Assembly (NCBI GenBank): GCA_964016885.1
Contig: OZ024741.1
Coordinates: 239,506,001-239,570,000, forward strand
Direction of reading: 5' to 3'
Source of the DNA: Eledone cirrhosa
Taxonomy: Eukaryota
Length of the DNA stretch: 64,000 nucleotides
How positions within the stretch are numbered: the first letter of the stretch is position 1; every line of letters begins with the position of its first letter. Shown here piece by piece: positions 1 to 12,145 of the stretch. The translations under genes were made by a program, and so were the position numbers. The notes beneath the pieces were generated by a model that did no database searches, was not told where the DNA came from, and worked only from the letters and a program-made list of their open reading frames with translations.

Positions 1-92
1 GTATAGGGATTACTCTCTTCTTTAACATGGTATGCGATATGTTCACTTAGATAACAGTGGAAGAAAGTCAGTAAAATACACAGAAATAACAT
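1..92 (-). CDS. Pcdh: Protocadherin gene A, 5' end of the large coding exon (runs off the window)
   Basis: ATG at 92-90 reads MLFLCILLTFFHCYLSEHIAYHVKEESNPY, matching the N-termini of genes B-I. Splice acceptor ttttag just upstream (exon begins at 147). Confidence 0.9.
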   Translation of the reverse strand, partial: MLFLCILLTFFHCYLSEHIAYHVKEESNPY

Positions 93-2181
93 CTCTGCTC
101 TTGATGGCAATGCAGTGTCCAGGGAAAGATGACTATGAATATTCAATCTAAAACAGAAACAGTTTCAACATATTAATGTGGTCTGCTATAATAAGTCCCG
201 TCTTCCATTTTTTTTTTTTCAAGAAAACAACATAGTGCACAGAATAGATTAAATATACATTATTAAACTATACATTGTTTTTATATTTGTTTTACAAGTT
301 TCTTGATGTGAAATTGAGTGTTGAAATAGATATTGTATTTTGAGAAGCTCATGCTGCCAATCATAACATGCGCTGGTAGATTTTTTCCTTCAGTTTTTTT
401 ATTTATCCAGTCAGTAATCCAGCAATCAAATAGTCTCTATTAAAAAATAGGCATTCTAGGAAGTTCAGAGTTATCTCTCTTGAACATTAACTAATTTCAA
501 ATATTAAATGTTTAACAATACAAACATCTTATAAAGATGGTGTGCAAAACATCATAACCAAGAATAGTAATAATGTGATATTAGTTGTAATTCACCTATT
601 GTGTATTCTTTAAAACTGGACGAAATTAGATTGAAGTTTCCCAATTATTATAATTGTTTCTACTTTTGGCACAAGGCCAGCAATTTCACAGTACATTACT
701 GGTACTTTATTTTATCGACCCTGTAAGGATGAAAGACAAAGTTAACCTCGGCGGAATTTGAACTCAGTCCATAAAGGGACGGAACTCTTTGCTACTAAAC
801 AGTATTGACATTACCACTTCAATAATTCTCTCAGAAATAACATACTTTGAAAAAACCTTTTCTTCGGATAAAGTTATAATTTTAACATCATGGATGTCAT
901 GTTAAATAGAAGAAATTCTTTAGACCAATAACATTAAGTACTTGATTTTTCAATAATAGTACACCAAAAACAAAGAACCCTTTTTTGTATATCAAGACAT
1001 AATTCCATTAAATTGTGGCAGTATTTATCTAAAAACGATAAATTTTATATTTTATAACAGAATGTGTATTTTGTTTAGATATCAAACTAATATTTAATAA
1101 AGTCACCTAATGGACAAATTTACATTTAATTAAACATAAATAAAACAAATTACTTAGCTGTAGAAAGAAAGCCAAAATCAGTTCTGTATGCACAAGACAT
1201 GGACACCTAACCTAACATTGCTCACTACAGAACAACCCATCTAACCCATATTAGCATGGAAAAATTGATGTGTAATGATGATTGTATATTTCTGTAGGAA
1301 TAGGTAGCAAGCCACAATTAGAACATCAAAATCATTTATGCAGGATTAAGGTTCAGATTCTTCACAGCTCATCTTGCTAAATGTTACTAAAAAATATAGC
1401 AGGAAATTATAGAAATATAATGGAGATATATGGGGTGCTATCCAAAGTGCATTACTGTATGTATATTTGAAACAGTTATTTACAATTTAAGATATGTCAT
1501 ATTTGCAAATATAATCTCCATAAAAATGAAAAAATAAGACATATTATAACATGAAACTAGAGGCAGTGATGGACATGTACACAGAAATAAAGATTTACAT
1601 ACACGCAATGTGTGTGCCTGTGTGTGTGTGTGTGTATGAGTGAGACATGGTCACCCGACCCAACTTGCCGCTAAATGGAACAAACCCGTCTCACTCATGC
1701 GACCGTGGAAGATAGACGTTAATCGATGATGATATATATATATAGTGTGTGAAGATATACGTGTTATAACAAATTTTGGTTTATTACTATTTACATAAAA
1801 CCTAGATTTTTCTGTATATGTCAATGTTATTCATGTTCAATATTCGGTATGTACTAAGAAATTAGAATGTCTGACTGAATAATTCAGTAAAAATATATAA
1901 TGGTGAGTTATGTTAAAATATAATAAACAATATAAATATAGTAAATATATCAAAGATGACAGCAAATATTTTGAGAAGTATGTTATATAAAACTACAATT
2001 GAACATATATTCCTCTCCCTCTGTTTCTTACAAAATACTTGATAGCCATGTTAGTAAAGAAGACATTCAATGAGAACTAACACAGATGTCCACCATTACA
2101 ATATTATATTTTGATCTTTTAATATAGCTATATATGAGGTTATTATTTTACATGACTGGATAAATAAAGAATAAAACTTAC

Positions 2182-2570
2182 ATTCATTGTGTAAAATCCT
2201 TTGTTATAAACTGAGTTGGTCCCAATGTTCTGTTGTTAATGGTTGTCTGTGTCACTGCTGCTATGGTGTGACAATGGCTTCATGTTGATGGAATAGTGTT
2301 GGTAGTGAGTCAGTGGGAACCAGCAGTTCCTGTCTTCTGTGTATGTGTGATATTTACTGAGTGTGAGTGTGTGTGAGAGAGAGAGGTGGGGGAGGGTGAT
2401 GCTTACTCCAGCCTCACTCAGACGAGATGTGTTTCCCCTCACAGAGAAGAGGGAGAGAAGACACTATATCAGCTCCACTAACAGTCAGCCATATGTCTAT
2501 ATAATACCAACATGTCTGATGTAGAGAGACTGATAGAAATACTTAGTAGAAAAGGTTATATTAACAAAAT
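2182..2570 (-). promoter_or_regulatory. Conserved promoter + putative non-coding leader exon of gene A (exon ~2358-2182)
   Basis: Block repeated upstream of every gene. Minus strand shows a CT/CA tract, an Inr-like TCAGT (~2358), TGAGTCA, and a donor ATGAAT|gtaagt at 2182/2181 that pairs with the acceptor at 147. Confidence 0.6.
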
Positions 2571-2952
2571 ATGACTGATTTTAATGTGTGTGTAATATAA
2601 AATATATTTAAAATATTGATAATAATAGTTAGTATGTGTTTGACCTCATTTTAAATTAACTTTCCTACTCAGGGTATATTTAGTAAAATCTACAGAATAA
2701 TGTGAACTAGCATCATTATCACAGTTATATTTCCTCAAATATAAAATGTACAATATATTGTAATTATTTATCTATACCACAATTCAGTTTATATCTTGAC
2801 GCATTAATTGTAAAGTTTATCTATTATTACTGAGGAAATTTCCCAATTATATTTACCTTAATTCTATCAACTAACTAATATATTTCTGTAGTTTTAATTA
2901 TTATGTTAATATTGGAGGTGATATTTCTGTTGTGTTAATTTCTCAGTCTGAC

Positions 2953-5900
2953 TTAACTAGCAACAACATCTGGTGTTGAAGGTAACTGTCTCTCTGGAGG
3001 TTTCACATATCTGTCTTGGTAATGGTCTCTCTCATTGTTGCTTGATACATCAGGTGGGGCACCATAGATTCCTGAAACAAGTACATCAACTCAACTTACT
3101 ACATAGTCGACATAGACAAACATTAGGTAATTACTGACATTAGTTATCAATCTTTTGTTCAGAACATTCAATTGACTAAGATATAACATAACAATCATTA
3201 ATGAAAATGTGTTTTATTATACCTGAAGAATTGAAATATTATTTAAGTGATCCAATTATTAGAGGTTAACTGAGAATATAAATTAATTATATTAATGATA
3301 ATAGACCCAGAGTAATATATATACTCTGGTAAAGTAGAAACTATTAAACATTACATCTGTGTAGAAACATATATTCACTTATTATAAAATTTATAAAGAA
3401 AGATTGCTAGAAATAATCTTATATTGTTTCACAGTTGTTGAAATTAGAAATTATAAAAATTGAATCCAAACAAATAGATAAATAAAATTGTTTTACCTGA
3501 CATTGCTGGTATTTCTTCATACTGTCTACTTGACCTCTCACTCCAGCACTGTCCACTACTCTTACGACTGGTCAATGTATCAGTAGGATAGTTAGCAGAT
3601 GGTCTGTTGTCTCCATAAGATGTCACCTCTATAGGTTGACTGTATTTCTGCAGTAAAATATAGGTATAATATAGATAGGGTGTAAAGATATATGGTACCA
3701 TTATCTATAAAGAAAACAAAACAATTCTATAGATGCTTCTTATCTGACAACTTTCAATCCTACCATAGAAAATGTACCCAGTATACATAATTAAAAGGCA
3801 GATGTATTGCAGATAATTATCTTATAGATCACAATTAAAAAGAGAAGTGTTAATAGCATTTTTAGACCTTTCTTTATTGGTGACAATATCAATTTAAATT
3901 CTGAGTGACTTAGTATGTTTGTAATGAAATGTAGTCATAGCTGACAGAGAATTCAGCCTATTTATTTTAGAGAGTAATCTGAATCAAACAAAGATCATAT
4001 AAATAAATGTTAGACTTGCTAAAAACAAAGTTATTTAGACTGTGCAATGTATGAATAAATCTACGATTCTTCTGGTGAGGGTCATGTAAACGAGTCACTT
4101 GCCAACAAATATTTTACAATATGCAAACAGCAATAAATCTTTGATGATTTCATATTTCTAAAAGGAACAGATTACATTTTTCATCAGAACATCATAATAT
4201 CATGTTTTCAATCAGAGATATTCTATATAAAAACTAATGGGAAAATAAACAATACTCCTAAATTAACAGAGTAACTATATAAGAAATAATATCCCTACTT
4301 AATTAAATATTTATTAACAGATAGAAAGTATATAATACAGTTTACCTTTGTAGATTTTTGAAGAGATCTATTCATTGTTGATGTCTTCCAGTCTTCAGGA
4401 TAGTAATGGCTTCTAGACTGACTATATCTGTCTGATATCTCTCCTCGATTACCTGACATCACAGATACACCGTTGTTACTTTGATAGATCAACTGTCTCA
4501 TCTCATTACGACATTGGTATGCCTGTTTCTCTTCTGTTGTTCTAGCTGAGTTATTTCTTACATTGTTACATCTCACAATACACAATGTTATAGAAACCAC
4601 AATAGCTATAGATACTATCACAGCTGCTACTACAATGATAATCAACAATGTTGCATCTATTGTGTTATCAGTTGGTACATGGACAGCTGTGAACATTGGT
4701 GATGTCTTGTTACTAACAGTCAGTGTTAAAGAGACACTAGTTGTTGCTGACAGAACTGGAGTACCACTGTCTTTCACAACAAACTCCAGTTGATATGATC
4801 CGGCATCATTTTGGTAAACTGTGCGAGAGTAAGATAAGACACCAGTGAATGAGTCCAGTTTAAATAATTGTTTCTCATTACCTGAAAGGATTTCATATCT
4901 GAGAAAAGCATTCATGTGACTGTCTATATCAGAGGCTTTCAGAAGTGTGATGTCATTCTTACTTTGTGGATGATAGTGGACATCAAGAGTCAAAGGGTCA
5001 ACACTAGGAAATGTAAAATATGGAGCATTATCATTTTTATCCAATACTTCTACTTCAACATTTACTGTGTTATTTAGAGATGGTGTTCCATTGTCTTTGA
5101 CTAAAACCTCAAAGTCATAGAAATCTCTGTGTTCTCTGTCTAAAGACTGGTTTGTTGAAATAAAGCCAGAGTTGATAATCTGGAATGGTAGACGATATTG
5201 GTGTTTATTTCTCAGATAATAACTTAATTCACCTCCCTTACCAACATCTGGGTCTGTAGCATTGATAAAACCAATAGGGAAATTAGCTTTGTCATTCTCA
5301 TAGGTAAGGAACTTGAATGTATCTTTGGTAAAGTGTGGTTTTACATCATTCACATCTAACACTTGTATTGAGAGATCTTTATCAGTTTTCAGAGAAGGTA
5401 ATCCTTTATCTTGACAGGAGACAGTAAAGTGATAATGTTCCTGTGTCTCTCTGTCTACTGCTTTCTTTAGAACTATTTTATATTCTTTAGATCCCATTGA
5501 CTGTAGTTTGAATGTATCGTGTTTAATATCACAGCTGACTTCTCCATTGTGTCCAACATCATTGTCAGTGACCATCACATAAGCAATGAAACTACCAACT
5601 TTGATATCTTCCAGAATGGTAGCTGTGTTGTGATTCTCTGTAGAAATATAGTTGACATCAATATTTGGAGGATTGTTGTGTTGGTTGATAACATTTACCA
5701 TAACAGTTGCTATGGCACTGAGTGGTGGACTGCCGTTATCTCTGGCTTCTATGTATAATTTAAAAGACTCTTCCATATCAATATCTGAAGACTTAGCTAA
5801 ATATAATTTTCCAGTATTTTCAACTAAATTAAAGTATCTTTTCATTTTTTCTGCAGTTTTCCTTGCAAAATAAAAAGATATTTTACCATTCCTGCCAATA

Positions 5901-6697
5901 TCTAAATCATTGGCAGATAATGTCACTAGTGGAATATTCTTCGTATGTTTATGCTCTATAGAGACATTGTAGATACTTTGGGTAAACTGTGGTGTGTTAT
6001 CATTTTCATCTTCTACAGATATTTTAACATTTAAAATACTTTGTTTTGGTGGAGTTCCTGCATCTTTAGCAATTACCTCAATATTGTAACTGTCTTCCTT
6101 TTCTCTGTCTAATTTTTCTTTCAAAATAATTCTTAATGTTGATATTTCATCAGTTTGTTTAGAAACTGATAAAGAAAAATATGCATTATACTTTTTTAAC
6201 TCATATTTGATTAAGCTGTTCTGATATCCAATGTCTTTATCCACAGCATTGGGTATTGACAGTGTTGATCCTCTGCCATCTCTCTCTGAAAACTGAATAT
6301 TGACTTGTTCAGTTGGAAACTCAGGTTGGTGGTCATTGATGTCTTCTATTATGACTTTAATTTTTAATATCTTCATAAATGTCTTGGATTTGTGAACAGC
6401 AACTTTCACTATTTCAAAACATTCTTTCTCATAACTACACACAGACTCAGCATCCAATGTCTGAACAGTGTACAGTTTACCTGTTTTTGTCACATTGAAC
6501 AACTGTTCTCCTTTTTGTTGTAGTTGACTAAATGTAATTAAATCCTTATTCTTTAAGGAGCTATCTGATGTCTGTAAGTCAGTAGCAATGTCCCCTACAT
6601 AAGTATAGGCATTACTCTCTTCTTTAACATGGTATGTGATATGTTCACTTAGATAACAGTGGAAGAACATCAGTAAAATACACAGAAATAACAACAT
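2953..6697 (-). CDS. Pcdh: Protocadherin gene B, 6 cadherin repeats + TM + cytoplasmic tail, ~873 aa
   Basis: Exons 6697-4346 (AAG|gtaaac, phase 0), 3647-3497 (KYSQ...PAMS, phase 1), 3071-2953 (GIYGAPPD...PDVVAS*). Cadherin motifs DINDHQP, LDRE, DENDN, DVNDVKP, DKNDNAP; hydrophobic TM LLIIIVVAAVIVSIAIVVSITLCIV; GT-AG introns keep frame. Confidence 0.93.
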
Positions 6698-7214
6698 CTC
6701 TGCTCTTGGTGTTAATACAGTGTCCTGGGAAAGATGACTATGAATATTTATTCTGAAACAGAAACAGTTTCAACATTAATACGGTATGCTATAATAAGTC
6801 TTTTCTTCCCAATTTTCTTTCCCTTCTTTTTTTCAAGAAAATAACAGATTATATACATTGTTTTTTATTTGTTTTACAAGTTTCTTGATATGAAATTGCG
6901 TGTTGAAATAGATATTGTATTTTGGGAGGTTCATACTTCCAATCATAACACATGCACTGGTTGTGTTTGACTTCAGTTTTTTTTATTTAGTAACTAATCT
7001 AGTAATCAGATAGTCCATATTAAAATATAGGCTTTGTAGGGAGTTTCGAGTTACCTCTCTTGACCACGAATTAATTTCAAATATTATAACAGTTATTTAA
7101 TATGTCATATTTGCAAATATAATTTCCATAAAAATGAAATAATTTTATAACATGAAACTATAGATATCAATGAACATATACACAGCAATAAAAATGTATA
7201 TATACATTGTGAGA

Positions 7215-7254
<40 letters not shown>

Positions 7255-7731
7255 GTGCATATGATGTATGTTAAGAAATACATGTGTGTGTATGTGTGTG
7301 TGGACAGAAGTATGTATATGATATTTCATAATTTTTTTGGTTCTATTATTATTTACATAAAACCCACATTACTCTATATACGTCACTGTTATTCATATTC
7401 ACTATTTAGTATGTCTGATTGAATAATTCAATAAAAATTAATAATGATGTGTTATGTTAAAATATAATAAACAAGATAAATATAGTAAACACATCAAATA
7501 TTTTCAGAAGTATGCTATATAAAAATTTTAATTCAACACATATTCCTCTCCCACTGTTTCTTACAAAATACATACTTGATAGCCATGTTGGTAAAGAAGA
7601 CATTCAATGAGAACTAACATAGATCTAATATGGCCACCATTACAATATTATATTTTGATATTATAATATAGCTATATATGAGGTTATTATTTTACATGAC
7701 TGGATAAATAATATAGAATAACAAAACTTAC

Positions 7732-8130
7732 ATTCATTGTGTAAAATCCTTTGTTATAAACTGTGAGTTGGTCCCAATGTTCTGTTAATGGTTGTCTGTG
7801 TCACTGCTGCTATGGTGTGACAATGGCTTCATGTTGATGGAATAGTGTTGGTAGTGAGTCAGTGGGAACCAGCAGTTCCCCTCAGTCTTCTGTGTATGTG
7901 TGATGTTTACTGAGTGTGAGTGTATATGAGAGAGAGAGGTGGGGGAGGGTGATGCTTACTCCAGCCTCACTCAGACTAGATGTGTTTCCCCTCACAGAGA
8001 AGAGGGAGAGAAGACACACTATCAGCTCCACTAACAGTCAGCCATAATATGTCTATATAATACGAACATGTCTGATGTAGAGAGACTGACATAGAAATAC
8101 TTAGAAGAGAGAGGTTATATTAACAAAAGT
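7732..8130 (-). promoter_or_regulatory. Conserved promoter + putative leader exon of gene B (exon ~7911-7732)
   Basis: Same block; donor at 7732/7731; large exon begins at 6752. Confidence 0.6.
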
Positions 8131-8509
8131 AGGCTGATGTTGTTCATGTCTATGTAAATACAATGTTAACAATAATAGTTAGTGTGTATTTGACCTAATA
8201 GTAAACTAACTCTCCTATTTAGGATATATTTAGTCAAGTTTAAAGATGATATGTAATCTATTTAAACTATATTAACATTTACAATGTATTTACTATTTAT
8301 TTATATGATAATTTAATTCATATTTATTTTAGATTATATTACACTAGGATATATCTGCTAATATTTGCCTTTTATATATAAAATATAGTCTAAAAACATA
8401 TGAAGATATACAGTTACATGTAATGAGTATTATGAATTATTTATGTAGTCCTAATTATTGTGATAATATTGAAGGTGATATTTCTGTTGTGTTAACTTCT
8501 CAGTCTGAC

Positions 8510-11500
8510 TTAACTAGCAACAACATCTGGTGTTGAAGGTAACTGTCTCTCTGGAGGTTTCACATATCTGTCTTGGTAATGGTCTCTCTCATTGTTGCTT
8601 GATACATCAGGTGGGACACCATAGATTCCTGAAACAAGTACGTCAACTCAACTTACCATATAGTTCATAAAAATGCCATATATTTACAGACGGAAATTAG
8701 TAATCAATCTCTTGTCTACTAGGTTCACGAGGTTAAGATACGAAATTAAAGAAGTATAGGTCAGTTCCGTTAATAATAGACCCAGAGTGTGACATATATA
8801 CTCTGGTAAAGTAGAAACTATTAAATATAACATCTGTGTAGAAACATATATTCACTTATAAAATTTATAAAGAAAGATTGATAGAAACAATCTTAGATTC
8901 ACAGTTGTTGAAATTAGAAATTATGAAAATTGAATTCTAATAAATAGATAAATAGAATTGTTTTACCTGACATTGCTGGTATTTCTTCATACTGTCTACT
9001 TGACCTTTCACTCCAACACTGGCCACTACTCTTACGACTGGTCAATGTATCAGTGGGATAGTTAGCAGATGGTCTGTTGTCTCCATAAGATGTCACCTCT
9101 ATAGGTTGACTGTATTTCTGCAGTAAAATATAGGTACAATATAGATAGAGTGTAAAGATATATGGTACCATCATCTATAAAAAAAAAACATCAATTCTAT
9201 AGATGCTTCTTATCTGACAACTTTCAATCCTACCATGGGAAATGTACCCAGTATACATAAGTAAAAGGCAGATGTATTGCAGATAATTATCTTATAGATC
9301 ACAATTAAAAAGAGAAGTCTTAATAGCATTTTTAGACCTTTCATTACTGGTGACAATATCAATTTACATTGTGTGTGACTTAGTATGATTGTAATGAAAT
9401 GTTGTAGTCATCGCTGACAGATTTGTCTTAGAGAGGAATCTGACTCATACAAAGATCTTATAAATCAATGTTAACTTAGACTTGCTAAAAAGAAGTTATT
9501 TAGACAACAATGTATGAATAAATCCAGGATTCTCCTGGTGATGCCTATGTGAGTCACTTGCCAACAAATGATTTATGCAAACAGCACTACTTCTTTGATA
9601 ATTTCATATTTCAAAAAGTAACAGATTACATTTTTCATCAGAACATCTTGTTTTTAATCAGAAATATTCTATATGAAAACTGATGGGAAATTAAACAGTA
9701 CTCTTATATTAAAAGAGTAACTATATAATAAATAATATCCTACTTGATCAAATATTATTTACGAACAGATAAAAAATATATAATATAGTTTACCTTTGTG
9801 GATTTTTGAAGAGATCTGTTCATTGTTGATGTCTTCCAGTCTTCAGGATAGTAATGGCTTCTAGACTGACTATATCTGTCTGATATATCTCCTCGATTAC
9901 CTGACATCACAGATACACCGTTGTTACCTTGATAGATCAACTGTCTCATTTCATTACGACATTGGTATGCCTGTTTCTCTTCTGTTGTTCTAGCTGAGTT
10001 ATTTCTTACATTGTTACATCTCACAATACACAATGTTATAGAAACCACAATAGCTATAGATACTATCACAGCTGCTACTACAATGATAATCAACAATGTT
10101 GCATCTATTGTGTTATCAGTTGATACATGGACAGCTGTGAACATTGGTGATGTCTTGTTACTAACAGTCAGTGTTAAAGAGACACTAGTTGTTGCTGACA
10201 GAACTGGAGTACCACTGTCTTTCACAACAAACTCCAGTTGATATGATCCAGCATCATTTTGGTAAACTGTGCGAGAGTAAGATAAGACACCGGTGAATGA
10301 GTCCAGTTTAAATAATTGTCTCTCATTACCTGAAAGGATTTCATACCTGAGAAAAGCATTCATGTGACTGTCTATATCAGAGGCTTTCAGAAGTGTGATG
10401 TCATTCTTACTTTGTGGATGATAGTGGACATCAAGAGTGAAAGGGTCAACACTAGGAAATGTAAAATATGGAACATTATCATTTTTATCTAATACTTCCA
10501 CTTCAACAGTCACTGTATTATTTAGAGATGGTGTTCCATTGTCTTTGACTAAAACCTCAAAGTCATAGAAATCTCTGTACTCTCTATCTAAAGACTGGTT
10601 TGTTGAAATAAAGCCAGAGTTGATAATCTGGAATGGTAGACGATATTGGTGTTTATTTCTCAGATGATAACTTAATTCACCTCCCTTACCAACATCTGGG
10701 TCTGTAGCATTGATAAAACCAATAGGGAAATTAGCTTTGTCATTCTCATAGGTAAGGAACTTGAATGTATCTTTGGTAAAGTGTGGTTTTACATCATTCA
10801 CATCTAAGACTTGTATTGAGAGATCTTTATCAGTTTTCAGAGAAGGTAATCCTTTATCTTGACAGGAGACAGTAAAGTGATAATGTTCCTGTGTCTCTCT
10901 GTCTACTGCTTTCTTTAGAACTATTTTATATTCCTTAGATCCCATTGACTGTAGTTTGAATGTATCATGTTTGATATTACAGCTGACCTCTCCATTTTGT
11001 CCAACATCATTGTCAGTGACCATCACATAAGCAATGAAACTACCAACTTTGATATCTTCTAGAATGGTAGCTGTGTTGTGATTCTCTGTAGAAATATAGT
11101 TGACATCAATATTTGGAGGATTGTTGTGTTGGTTGATAACATTTATCATAACAGTTGCTATAGAACTGAGTGGTGGACTGCCATTATCTCTGGCTTCTAT
11201 ATATAATTTAAAAGACTCTTCCATATCCATTTCTGAAGATTTAGCTAAATATAACTTTCCAGTATTTTCATCTAAATCAAAGTATCTTTTCATTTTCTCT
11301 GAAGTTGTCCTAGCAAAATAGAAAGATATTTTACTATTTCTACCAATATCTAAATCATTAGCAGATAATGTCACTACTGGAATATTCTTTTTATGTTTAT
11401 GTTCTATAGAGACATTGTAGACACTTTGAGAAAATTCTGGTTTATTATCATTTTCATCTTCTACAGATATTTTAACATTTAAAATACTTTGTTTTGGTGG

Positions 11501-12145
11501 AGTGCCACCATCTTTAGCAATGACCTCAATATTGTAGCTGTCTTTCTTTTCCCTGTCTAATTTCTTTTCTAAAATAATTTCTAATGTTGATATTCCACCA
11601 GCTTCCTTGGAAACACTTAATGAAAATTGTTCATTATTATCTTTTAGTTCATATTTAATTAATCTATTTTGATACCCAACATCTTTGTCAACAGCATTGG
11701 GTATGGCCTTCTTCATACCATCTCGATCTCCTTCCCCAAACATAAGAGTGATGTCTTTCTCAGGAAACTCAGGTTGGTGGTCATTGATGTCTTCTATTAT
11801 GACTTTAATTTTTAATATCTTCATAAATGTCTTGGATTTGTGAACAGCAACTTTAATTATTTCAAAACATTCTTTCTCATAACTACACACAGACTCAGCA
11901 TCCAATGTCTGAACAGTGTACAGTTTACCTGTTTTTGTCACATTGAACAATTGTTCTCCCTTTTGTTGTAGTTGACTAAATGTAATTAAATCCTTATTCT
12001 TTAAGAAGGAGCTATCTGATGTCTGTAAGTCAGTAGCAATGTCCCCTATATAGGTATAGGGATTACTCTCTTCTTTAACATGGTATATAATATGTTCACT
12101 TAGATAACAGTGGAAGAAAGTCAGTAAAATACACAGAAATAACAT
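8510..12145 (-). CDS. Pcdh: Protocadherin gene C, ~873 aa
   Basis: Exons 12145-9794, 9117-8967, 8628-8510; same motifs, phases and GT-AG sites as gene B. Confidence 0.93.

Noticed and set aside
2236-2442. Recurrent minus-strand ORF (...CWFPLTHYQHYSINMKPLSHH...) in the conserved block
   Set aside because: Frequent non-triplet indels in the GA/CA tracts shift frame between copies, so conservation is non-coding.
3540-3570. GQCWS as a delta-protocadherin CM2 motif
   Set aside because: Only CW matches; the surrounding CM1/CM2 consensus is not recognisable.
2953-3647. Shared constant exons as in vertebrate Pcdh-alpha/gamma
   Set aside because: Each gene has its own copies of both tail exons with intact splice sites.
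4295-4345. ORF-track C-termini after STK (VNCIIYFL..., VNYIIYF...)
   Set aside because: Read-through past a conserved AAG|gt donor. Length and sequence vary and include TE sequence in gene G; the real tail is in the two downstream exons.
4563-5873. Recurrent plus-strand ORFs (MLHLTIHNVIET..., MFNITAD..., MTSIFGGLL...) in most genes
   Set aside because: Antisense shadows of the conserved Pcdh exon. Several begin at non-ATG codons and their recurrence follows from the duplication.
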